Source: Candidatus Multivorans sp. (lineage in GTDB: Bacteria > Acidobacteriota > Thermoanaerobaculia > Multivoradales > Multivoraceae). From it: a stretch of 64,000 bases of DNA. Below the pieces are notes generated by a model. It ran no database searches, had not been told where the DNA came from, and saw only the letters and a list, made by a program, of their open reading frames with translations. Of this stretch, positions 39,567 to 47,884 are shown one piece after another (position 1 is the stretch's first letter; every line of letters starts with the position of its first letter). The position numbers and the translations under genes are program-made. The stretch lies in NCBI GenBank assembly GCA_965247095.1, contig OZ251997.1, positions 4,448,001 through 4,512,000 on the forward strand, in the 5' to 3' direction.

Positions 39567-41303
39567 TCACGGATGGAATTCCGGGGCTTCCCGCAGCATC
39601 TGGTCGCGCAGGGTGCGCTTGTGGATCTTCTCGGTGGCGCCGCGCGGCAACTGCTCGTCCTGGAGCCAGACGTAGCGCGGCACCTTGAAGCGCGCCAGAT
39701 GCTCGCCGACGTGAGCCCGCACATCGGCCGCGTCGAGATCGGCGCCGTCCTTGGGTACCACGACCACCGCCAGCTCCTCGCCCAGCCGGTCGTCGGGGAC
39801 GCCGAAGGCCGCGGCCTCGTAGACGGCGGGGTGCTGGTAGACGACGCGCTCGATCTCGGCGCAGTAGATGTTCTCGCCGCCGCGCAGCACCATGTCCTTC
39901 TTGCGGTCGCGGATGTAGAGGAAGCCGTCCTCGTCGATCTCGGCGATGTCGCCGGTTCTGAGCCAGCCGTCCTGGATCGTCTCCGCGGTCGCCTCCGGAC
40001 TGTTCCAGTAGCCGCGGATGTTCATCGACGACTTCATGATCAGCTCGCCCTGTTCGCCGGACGGCAGTTCGTTGCCGTCGTCGTCGATGATCTTCAGTTC
40101 GACGATCGGGCACGGCTTGCCGCAACTGTCCGGCTTCTCGACCAGGCCCTCGTCCGTGTTGCCGGCGCCGCCGGCGTTCGTCTCGGTCATTCCCCAGCCG
40201 AAGGACCAGTGCTTGTCGGGCATCAGAACCTGCAGGCGATCCACCATGCCGCCGGGGATCGGCGCGCCGCCGCCGGACACCGCGGCCAGGCTGCGCAGGT
40301 CGCGATCCTTGAGCGAAGGCGACTGCAGCATCTCCCAGGTCATCGTCGGCACGCCGTTGAAGGACGTGACCCGCTCCCGCTCGATCAGCTCCAGGCCGAG
40401 TTCGGGATTCCACTTGTACATCATCACGATCTTGCGACCGGCGCCGAAGGAGGCGAGCAGGCCGGCGTGGCTGCCGCTGACGTGGAAGAGCGGCAGGGGC
40501 ATCAGGATCGAGGGCTGGAACTCGGGGTTCTCCTCCGGTTCCTCGAGCAGGCCCATGGCGATCCGCTGCGCGCCGTAGAAGCCCCAACTGCCGATGCCGC
40601 TGAGCACGCCGCGATGGGTCGACACGGCGCCCTTGGGGAAGCCGGTGGTGCCGGACGTGAAGAGGATCGTCACGTCGTCGTGGGCGCCGAGTTCGATGTC
40701 GGGCATAGGTTGGCCGGCTGCCTCGCGCCACACCGCGCCGAAATCGTCGACGCCGTCGGGCGGGTCGCCGTCCCAGCGAACGCCGATGCTCACAACACCG
40801 AGGTCGGGTAGGCGGCTGGCCACCCGTTCGTAGCGCTGCTGGTCGAAGAAGGCGAGCTTGGCGCCGGAGTCCTTGAAGCCGTACTCCAGTTCCTCCCCGG
40901 ACCACCAGCCATTGAGCGACACGGAGATCGCGCCGGACGACGTGATCGCCATGAACGCGATCACCCATTCCGGGTAGTTCCGCATCCCGATCGCGACCCG
41001 GTCGCCCTTCTTGACGCCGTAGCGGTGGACCAACTGATGCGCGATCGCCGCGGCGCGGTCGTACGCCTCGGCGTAGGTCAGGCGGGTGTCCTGGAAGACG
41101 AGGAAGTCCTTGTCGCCGTGGTCCTGCAACGCTTGGTCGTAGATGTCGCGCAGCGTCGCCGGAAGATTCTTGAAGACCTTGTACTCGACCCCGCGCACGG
41201 TTTCCGTGACCAGCTCGTAGTCGGCGCCCGGGCCGGTCAGGTGGGCGACCGACTCGTCGTAGGTCATCTGGCCGTGGATCGGCTCGGCGTTCATTTGCTT
41301 CAT
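39567..41303 (-). CDS. long-chain acyl-CoA synthetase (AMP-binding)
   Basis: FTSGTTGFPKG, WGMTE, RTGD, RGGEN. Confidence 0.92.
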   Translation of the reverse strand: MKQMNAEPIHGQMTYDESVAHLTGPGADYELVTETVRGVEYKVFKNLPATLRDIYDQALQDHGDKDFLVFQDTRLTYAEAYDRAAAIAHQLVHRYGVKKGDRVAIGMRNYPEWVIAFMAITSSGAISVSLNGWWSGEELEYGFKDSGAKLAFFDQQRYERVASRLPDLGVVSIGVRWDGDPPDGVDDFGAVWREAAGQPMPDIELGAHDDVTILFTSGTTGFPKGAVSTHRGVLSGIGSWGFYGAQRIAMGLLEEPEENPEFQPSILMPLPLFHVSGSHAGLLASFGAGRKIVMMYKWNPELGLELIERERVTSFNGVPTMTWEMLQSPSLKDRDLRSLAAVSGGGAPIPGGMVDRLQVLMPDKHWSFGWGMTETNAGGAGNTDEGLVEKPDSCGKPCPIVELKIIDDDGNELPSGEQGELIMKSSMNIRGYWNSPEATAETIQDGWLRTGDIAEIDEDGFLYIRDRKKDMVLRGGENIYCAEIERVVYQHPAVYEAAAFGVPDDRLGEELAVVVVPKDGADLDAADVRAHVGEHLARFKVPRYVWLQDEQLPRGATEKIHKRTLRDQMLREAPEFHP

Positions 41304-42241
41304 GCCATGGCCGCCAGTTCTTCTTCGTAGTTGGCGAAGGAGTGCTTCAGCGTCGCATGGTTCAAGATCATCTCGGCTATGGGTTCCTTCGACTCCGCGT
41401 CGAGGAAGGTGGTCCTGACCCAGTACGACTCGGTGCGCCGGCTCTCGCTCAGGGCGACGATCTGACGCTCAAGCAGGTAGTCGTGGTCCACGAACAGGGG
41501 CCCGCGGATCATCCGGATCTGCTGGCCCGCGAACAGGCCCAGGGCCGGTCCGCGGATGCGGAAGCCGGCCTTGCGGTTCGAGTAGCCGCCGAGCACGCTG
41601 ATCATCTCCAGCGGGATGACCGCGCGGCCCCAGGGCGATGAGCCGCCCTCCTTCTCGGTGTACCAGGGCGACGGCGCCGTGATCGCGTCGAGTTTCTGAT
41701 TCAGGCTGAAGGGATAGAGGCTGCCCATGTGCTGGTCGAAGTCCATCCTCACCTCTTCGAGGCCCCTGCCCTTCATCCCGACCTTGAGATCGCGCATGAT
41801 GACGAGGGGCCCGGGTGGCCGCAGACGGGCGATCCGGGTAGCGATCTCGGACGACTCGACGTCACCGCGGATCGAGGCGGTGCCGATCAACACCTCGGTG
41901 CCGTCGGCCTTCTCGGCGCGGATACGGACCTGGGTCTGGCCATTGGCCGGGCGCTCGACGAGGGCGCGCACCTGCTCGCCCTCGACCACCATGTTCCGGT
42001 AGTGGGCGCTCAGGCAGCCGGTCTCGAACCACTCCTGCCCCCACAGGTCGTGGAGCAGGGGCACGAATTGGCTGAAGTGGGTCGGACCCTCGATCGGGCC
42101 GCCGGCCTGGAACCCCATCTTTTCCGCCATCGAGTCGTCGTGGATGGACACGTGCCCGCCGTACTCCTGCTCGGCGAGCATCTGCTTCGGGGACCGTAGC
42201 GGTCCACGGATGTAGGTCGGCGTGTCGAAAGCCTCGGCCAT
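41300..42241 (-). CDS. hypothetical protein, possible double hot-dog fold
   Basis: SIHDD..GF..GGPIEGPTHF; coupled to the acyl-CoA synthetase. Confidence 0.55.
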   Translation of the reverse strand: MAEAFDTPTYIRGPLRSPKQMLAEQEYGGHVSIHDDSMAEKMGFQAGGPIEGPTHFSQFVPLLHDLWGQEWFETGCLSAHYRNMVVEGEQVRALVERPANGQTQVRIRAEKADGTEVLIGTASIRGDVESSEIATRIARLRPPGPLVIMRDLKVGMKGRGLEEVRMDFDQHMGSLYPFSLNQKLDAITAPSPWYTEKEGGSSPWGRAVIPLEMISVLGGYSNRKAGFRIRGPALGLFAGQQIRMIRGPLFVDHDYLLERQIVALSESRRTESYWVRTTFLDAESKEPIAEMILNHATLKHSFANYEEELAAMA

Positions 42242-42338
42242 TCGGGTCTCCTGGTCGGGAAGGGGCCAAGTCTAGGAGTTTGCGCCGCAGGTGCAAACTC
42301 TTCCCCCGGCCTTCCGGCACGTCGTGAGATGATGAGGC

Positions 42339-43211
42339 GTGGTCAAGATACCCGGCGAGGATGTCGTCATCCGGAGCGTCGAGTCGGCGCTGGAGGGCAG
42401 GCCGGCGGCGGTCGAGAGCTGTCCGAACTGCGGCTCGGAGCGCGTGGACAACTACTGCGCCGACTGCGGCCAGCGCGCCGGCGATCTGCATGCGACGGTC
42501 GGTCAGTTCGTCCGCGACGCGTTGGACGGCCTGCTCTCGTTCGACTCCCGCGTCTGGCGCACGCTGATCGCTCTGGTTCTGCGTCCGGGCTTTCTGACCG
42601 TCGAACACTGGCGGGGTCGGCGCGCCCGCTACGTCGCGCCGCTGCGGTTGTACCTGTTCGTGAGTTTCTTCACCTTCCTTCTGCTCGCGCTCCTCGCTCG
42701 GGGCAACGTCGTCGACACGACGGGGACGAACCCGGACGCCACCATTCAAATCGGATCTTCGGAGTCGGACGACGGGGACGAAGAAGCCGGGTGGTTCATC
42801 GATCGCGTGTTGCGGCCGATCGTCGAGGACTCGGAGGGCTTCGAGGCGCTCTTCGTACGGCGACTCCCCTGGATGTTCTTTGTCCTCGTGCCGCTGTTCG
42901 CCATGTTCCTCCGACTGCTGTACCGCCGCCGAGAGCGCTTCTACGTGCCGCACCTCGTCTTCGCACTTCACTTTCACGGCGCGGCGTTCCTGCTGACTAG
43001 CGCAGGAAGAGCAGGGACTCTCCTCTGGGAACCGCTGTCCGGCTTCGCCTTCCTCGCCGTCCTCGTCGCGCTCTTCCTTTCGCTTCGACGGGCGTACGAA
43101 GAAGGATGGTTCAGGACCATCGTCAAGGAGGTCTGCCTTCTCTTCGTTCACGGGTTCAGCATCGTGATCGCCATGGCGGTCCTGATGATCGTCACCAGCT
43201 TGATGCTGTAG
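42339..43211 (+). CDS. DUF3667 domain membrane protein
   Basis: CPNCG..YCADCGQ zinc ribbon, RPGFLT..GRRARYVAPLRLYL, HLVFALH. Confidence 0.88.
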   Translation: MVKIPGEDVVIRSVESALEGRPAAVESCPNCGSERVDNYCADCGQRAGDLHATVGQFVRDALDGLLSFDSRVWRTLIALVLRPGFLTVEHWRGRRARYVAPLRLYLFVSFFTFLLLALLARGNVVDTTGTNPDATIQIGSSESDDGDEEAGWFIDRVLRPIVEDSEGFEALFVRRLPWMFFVLVPLFAMFLRLLYRRRERFYVPHLVFALHFHGAAFLLTSAGRAGTLLWEPLSGFAFLAVLVALFLSLRRAYEEGWFRTIVKEVCLLFVHGFSIVIAMAVLMIVTSLML

Positions 43212-43236
43212 AGGTTTGGCGCCCCGCCGGCCGCGG

Positions 43237-43821
43237 TCAGGGGCTGGTTGCCAGCGTCAAGCCTGACGCGATCGCGCTGCGAACGGCGGCGCCGGCTCTC
43301 TTGCCGGACACGGCGTCCAGGGCGCCGAAGTCGATGTCGCGCCGACGCTGGAGATACTCGACCCAGTAAGGGTAGCCGCAGGGTTCGGAACGAAGGAGCC
43401 GGCCGCGCTCGCGCGGCCGCTTTCCGCGGGCGGCCATGAGCAGGACGCGATCGACGAAGTCGGCGGCCTGTTCTTCGGCTTCGGCGGTTCCGAGGATTGG
43501 CGGCAGGGGCTCGGATCCCCCCGCGACCATGAGGCTTTCGAGTCGGATGTGCGCGGCCTGACCGCTGAGGCGGCAGACGAGCACGGCGAGTTGTTCGCCT
43601 GGTGGCATTCCGCTGCCGGCCGGGTATGGAGTCTCAGCCGTCTTCAGGGTCCGGTAGACGACGAGCCAGTGGGGAAGGTAGAGGAGTTCCAGGCCCAAGG
43701 ACCGGCCGCGCCGGCTTCTTCGCAACCGGCCGCCGGCCAGGCGCCGGCGGGCTTCGTCTTCGGAGATCGTCGGCGAGATCGTGTGGACTGGCTCGGCGGT
43801 TGCGCGAGGTGCATCCGGCAC
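43237..43821 (-). CDS. hypothetical protein
   Basis: LLYLPHW and YPYWV..LDAVSG patterns. Confidence 0.55.
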   Translation of the reverse strand: MPDAPRATAEPVHTISPTISEDEARRRLAGGRLRRSRRGRSLGLELLYLPHWLVVYRTLKTAETPYPAGSGMPPGEQLAVLVCRLSGQAAHIRLESLMVAGGSEPLPPILGTAEAEEQAADFVDRVLLMAARGKRPRERGRLLRSEPCGYPYWVEYLQRRRDIDFGALDAVSGKRAGAAVRSAIASGLTLATSP

Positions 43822-43838
43822 CGGCTGTGGCGACTCGG

Positions 43839-44054
43839 TCAGCGTTTCCGACCCCCCTTCGATCCGCTGTGGTTGCCGTAGATCATCAGCACCGCGGCGG
43901 CCAGGAGCAGCGCCGCTCCGGCGGCCGTACCGAGAGCCAGGTCGATCGATTCGGCCGCGGCGAAGCCCCCGGCCAGCACCGGAATCGCCAGCACGGCCAG
44001 GAACACGCCGAGGATGCGGGCCGTCGAGCGGTCGCGGTTGTCGTTGGCGGCCAT
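43839..44054 (-). CDS. small 2-TM membrane protein
   Basis: MAANDNRDRSTARILGVFLAVLAIPV... Confidence 0.55.
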   Translation of the reverse strand: MAANDNRDRSTARILGVFLAVLAIPVLAGGFAAAESIDLALGTAAGAALLLAAAVLMIYGNHSGSKGGRKR

Positions 44055-44071
44055 GGCTGTGAGGCTGGTAG

Positions 44072-45148
44072 CTACCGGCGCCGGAGCAGTCGCAGGAACT
44101 CTGCCGCGTTCGCGCACGTCTGCGCGGCGCGAATCAACTCGGCCACGGAACCATCCGTGAGTTCCGCCAACTGCACTGCCAATGCCGGCGTGGTCGGGAT
44201 GCCGCGCGCCTCGAGGATGCCGTGTACGGCGCGCAGCACGTCGGCGTGGCCCTCGGCGCGGCCCTCGGCGCGACCCTCGACGCGGCCCTCGGCGCGGCCC
44301 TCGGCGCGACCCTCGACGCGGCCCTCGGCGCGACCCTCGACGCGGCCCTCGGCGCGGCCCTCGACGCGACTCTCGTCGCGCTCGGTGCGCAGCCACACAT
44401 CGTCGTCCGGGCCGGTTCCTTCCGCGGCGCCCAAGGCACGCCCCACCCGGTGCAGCACCGCCATGGTCTCGGGAGATGTCACGGGTTCGTTCAGCGCCGT
44501 ATGGATCTCCTCCGCCGTCCAGCCCGGGAAGGCTCGGCTGCTCGGCGCCGTCCGGAAGCGGCCAGCCTCGAGAACGTGGATCGTCAGTCCTGAGCGACGG
44601 GACTTCGGGCGGCTCCGCGAGGGCGCGTCCGGCACGTCGACCCAGACTTCGGGAAACCCCCAGGCCTCGTAGAGCGCCAGCTTGCGCACCCGGACGTCGG
44701 TCGAGTAGTCCACCTCCAGCACCACGTCCGGCATGACGTCTCCATCCACGTTGACCGACGGGTTCAGTTCGGCAGCGGGCGGGTGGAGGTACAGGATCTG
44801 GTCCGCCTGCATCAGCACCTTTCGCTCGCCGCAAGTGTCGAACCGCACCAGGTCGGTCGTCCCCTCCATCTCGATCAGTGTCCCCCTGGAGGCTGCTATC
44901 CGGCCAGCCAGCCAGCCGAGCCGGTGCGACGGTCGTTCGTGGTAGCGGGTAGTCGGCTCGCACACCACCATGGCGGTCTCCGTGTGTGCCTCCCAGTACT
45001 CGAGACGGCCGTCGTAGTCCTCGATCTCCTCGCGTGGGATGTGGACCGCCTGGCAGCCGGGGAAGTCGGCCGGATCGATTGCTGCCGCTTCCGGATCCCG
45101 CGGTTCTTGCGGGAGCTTCGGCACAGCGGCGCGGACGGGCTCGGCCAT
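44072..45148 (-). CDS. Uma2 family PD-(D/E)xK endonuclease-like protein with EGRx repeat tail
   Basis: MQADQ, PDVVLEVD, KLALYEAWGFPEVW. Confidence 0.85.
   Translation of the reverse strand: MAEPVRAAVPKLPQEPRDPEAAAIDPADFPGCQAVHIPREEIEDYDGRLEYWEAHTETAMVVCEPTTRYHERPSHRLGWLAGRIAASRGTLIEMEGTTDLVRFDTCGERKVLMQADQILYLHPPAAELNPSVNVDGDVMPDVVLEVDYSTDVRVRKLALYEAWGFPEVWVDVPDAPSRSRPKSRRSGLTIHVLEAGRFRTAPSSRAFPGWTAEEIHTALNEPVTSPETMAVLHRVGRALGAAEGTGPDDDVWLRTERDESRVEGRAEGRVEGRAEGRVEGRAEGRAEGRVEGRAEGRAEGHADVLRAVHGILEARGIPTTPALAVQLAELTDGSVAELIRAAQTCANAAEFLRLLRRR
44243..44374 (-). repeat. 12-bp coding tandem repeat, 11 units
   Basis: Encodes ESRV-(EGRA/EGRV)x9-EGHA. Confidence 0.9.
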
Positions 45149-45186
45149 GGGACGGATCCTAACGCGCTACCGGTCCGTGTGTCCCG

Positions 45187-45426
45187 CTACGCCAGCAGCA
45201 GGTAGATCATCAGGTACGGGACGATGAACAGCGCCGCCCAGACCCGCAGGTCGCGCCACTTGGCGCGGTCGGGCGCGCCGCGCAGCACCCAGTCGCGGCT
45301 GAGCCGCCAGACGGCGGCCGCCGGCAGGATGAGCAGCAACGCCACGGCGACGCGGGCGCTCCAGAGCGGCAACGCGCCGAGGGCGGCGTCGATGGGCCCG
45401 AGGACGAACTCGAGGATTGCTCTCAT
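45187..45426 (-). CDS. small membrane protein coupled to the SSS gene
   Basis: ATGA overlap; GAPDRAKWRDLRVWA. Confidence 0.65.
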   Translation of the reverse strand: MRAILEFVLGPIDAALGALPLWSARVAVALLLILPAAAVWRLSRDWVLRGAPDRAKWRDLRVWAALFIVPYLMIYLLLA

Positions 45427-47006
45427 GGCGTCTCGCCTTCTCCCTGCAGCCGCGCGACCCGGCTCCGCAGCGCGGCTTGCACGGCTTCATCGTTGCGCAC
45501 TTCGCCCCAGACCAGGCCCCGGAGACGCTCCGGCGGTTCGGGGGGCGTCAACCGGCTGACGATCCAGGTCACGGCGAGTGTGAACACGAAGGACCACCAG
45601 GCGACGAACAGGAACGGCTCTTCGGACGGGAACAGTCCGTCCATCGACGGAGAGTTGAGCAGCAGGCACAGGCCGACGCCCGCGGCGAGGCCCGCGGCGC
45701 CGCCGTAGCGGTTCGCCCCGCGCCACAGGATGCCGAGCAGCAGCACCGCCAGGGTCGGCCCCTGAATCAGGGAGAAGACGGTCTGGATCGCGTTGTAGAT
45801 GTTGCTGAAGCGCTGCTCGATCTCAGGGGCGATGAAGGCAGCCGCGAGCAGCAGCACCGCGGACAGGATGCGGCCGAAGCGGAGTTCCGCGGCGGTTCCG
45901 AGCTCGGCCCGGGCCCAACGCCGGCGCAGCCGGCCGAGCAGGTCGCGGCTCCAGAGCGTGGCCGCCGAGTTGAGGTTCGAGTCGACGCTCGACATGAGGG
46001 CGGCCAGGAAGGCCGCGAACATCAGGCCGCGCAGGCCGGGCGGCAGCAACTGGGCGATCAGGGTCGGCACCGCTTCGTCGGCGTTGGCCAGATCGGGGAC
46101 GATCAGGATCGCGGCTAGCCCCGGCAGGGCGACGAGCAGTGGAATGAACAGCTTCAGGAAGCCGGCCAGCAGCACGCCGGCCTTCGCGTCCCACTCGCTG
46201 CGCGCCCCGAGCGCCCGCTGCACGATCGTCTGGTTGCCGGTGTAGTAGGCGATGGAGAGGACGATGCCGAGGCCCAGGACGATGCCCGTCCAGGGGAACG
46301 GAGTCGCCGTGTCGTGGGGCAGGTAGAGCGAGAAGTGGTCGGCGTACTGCGGTCCCTGATTCAGGACGCCCTCGCGCAGCGCGGCCAGACCGCCGACTTC
46401 GTAGAGCGCCCGGGCGACTAGGGCGGCGCCGCCCACGAACATGATGATGAGCTGCAGCACGTCGGTCATCACGACCGCGGCCAGACCGCCGCTGATCGTG
46501 TAGATGCCGACGATGCCGGTGGTGATCCAGATCGAGAGTTGTGGGTCCCAGCCGAGTACGGTGCGCATGAGCAGCGCCGTGGCGTGGATCATGATGCCCA
46601 GGTTGAGCACCAGGATCACGCCCCAGGCCAGGGCGAGGAAGGTGCGCACGCCGTCGCCGTATCGTCGCCCCAGGAACTCCGGCACCGTGTAGACGCCGCT
46701 TCGCCAGTACAACGGCACGATCAGGAAGGCGGCGATCAGCAGCGCCGGCATCGAACCCAGCCAGTCGAAGTTCGCCTGCGCCAGTCCGTAGCGATAGGTG
46801 CCGCCGGCGACGGCGATGAAGTCCGTGGCGCCGATGTCGCTGACCACGATCGACATGCCGATCGCCCAGAACGGCAGGGCGCGGCCGGCGAGCAGGAAGT
46901 CGCCGCTGGTCTTCACGTAGCGGCTGAAGGTGGTGCCGATGACCAGCACCCCCGCCAGGTAGACGAGGACGATCGCGGTATCGAGCCCGGACAGGCCCCA
47001 GGTCAT
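45423..47006 (-). CDS. sodium:solute symporter
   Basis: FLLAGR, TVPEFLGRRYG, GGLAAVVMTD, NQTIVQRALGA, AALMSS. Confidence 0.92.
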   Translation of the reverse strand: MTWGLSGLDTAIVLVYLAGVLVIGTTFSRYVKTSGDFLLAGRALPFWAIGMSIVVSDIGATDFIAVAGGTYRYGLAQANFDWLGSMPALLIAAFLIVPLYWRSGVYTVPEFLGRRYGDGVRTFLALAWGVILVLNLGIMIHATALLMRTVLGWDPQLSIWITTGIVGIYTISGGLAAVVMTDVLQLIIMFVGGAALVARALYEVGGLAALREGVLNQGPQYADHFSLYLPHDTATPFPWTGIVLGLGIVLSIAYYTGNQTIVQRALGARSEWDAKAGVLLAGFLKLFIPLLVALPGLAAILIVPDLANADEAVPTLIAQLLPPGLRGLMFAAFLAALMSSVDSNLNSAATLWSRDLLGRLRRRWARAELGTAAELRFGRILSAVLLLAAAFIAPEIEQRFSNIYNAIQTVFSLIQGPTLAVLLLGILWRGANRYGGAAGLAAGVGLCLLLNSPSMDGLFPSEEPFLFVAWWSFVFTLAVTWIVSRLTPPEPPERLRGLVWGEVRNDEAVQAALRSRVARLQGEGETP

Positions 47007-47884
47007 CCGGCTTCTCGGGCGGTCAGGGAGCGGCCGAGGGCGGTCTCGGTGCGCAGATAGCGCAGGCTGGCGGCGGCATCCTGCGCCGGTGAGCCTTCCG
47101 CCTCCGCGGTCTCGTCCTGTTCGACGACGAACAGGCGCACTCCGGCTTCGAGCGCCGCCTCGACGCAGCCGGTCACGTCGACGTCGCCGGCGCCGAGGGG
47201 CCGGAACCAGCGTTCGGCGGTGGCGCGCTCCGGGCCGCGTTCGGCCGGCGCGCCGGGCAGCAGTCCGTCCTTGAGGTGCAGAATGTGGATTCGGTCGCCC
47301 AGTTCGCGGATCAGGGCGGCCGGGTCGTGGCCCGCGAAGGCCGCCCAGTAGATGTCGAGCTCCATGCCCCAGCCGTCGTGCGAGCGGCAGGAGGCGAGCG
47401 CCCGCAGGCCGTCCACGCCGAGGCGCTTCGGTTCGCCGTCGTCGAACGGCAGCAGCTCGAACTCGTGGTTGTGGTAACCGAAGCGAAAGCCGCCGGCACG
47501 AAACCGGTAGCTCAGCAGATCGAGCCGCTGGCCGAGTTCCACGTAGTGCGCGCGACCGCCGTCGCCGCGTTGGGCTTCATCGAGCCAGGGGCAGACGAGG
47601 ACCTCGCAGTCGAGCTCGCGGAAGGTCTGCATCACATCGGCCGGGTCCGCTTCCAGGTCGGCCAGGGGCACGTGGGCCGCCGCCAGGGAGAGGCCCCGTT
47701 CGGCGAGGAGCTGCCGCAGTTCGGTGGTCGTACGGTTCCAGAGGCCGCCGAACCACTCGATCTCGCGGTAGCCGGCTTCGGCGGCCTGGTCCAGGGCGGT
47801 TTCGAGGTTCTCCTGGGCCTGCCGGCGCAGCGTGTAGAGCTGGAGCGCCACGCGCGGGGAGTCGGCGGCCTCGCCGGTCGTCAC
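47003..47884 (-). CDS. sugar phosphate isomerase/epimerase (xylose isomerase-like TIM barrel)
   Basis: LQLYTLR, YHNHEFE, ELDIYW, HLKD, VEQD. Confidence 0.9.
   Translation of the reverse strand: MTTGEAADSPRVALQLYTLRRQAQENLETALDQAAEAGYREIEWFGGLWNRTTTELRQLLAERGLSLAAAHVPLADLEADPADVMQTFRELDCEVLVCPWLDEAQRGDGGRAHYVELGQRLDLLSYRFRAGGFRFGYHNHEFELLPFDDGEPKRLGVDGLRALASCRSHDGWGMELDIYWAAFAGHDPAALIRELGDRIHILHLKDGLLPGAPAERGPERATAERWFRPLGAGDVDVTGCVEAALEAGVRLFVVEQDETAEAEGSPAQDAAASLRYLRTETALGRSLTAREAG

Noticed and set aside
44243-44374. Tandem repeat as a possible CRISPR array
   Set aside because: The 12-bp units are contiguous with no spacers, lie in frame in a CDS, and there are no cas genes.
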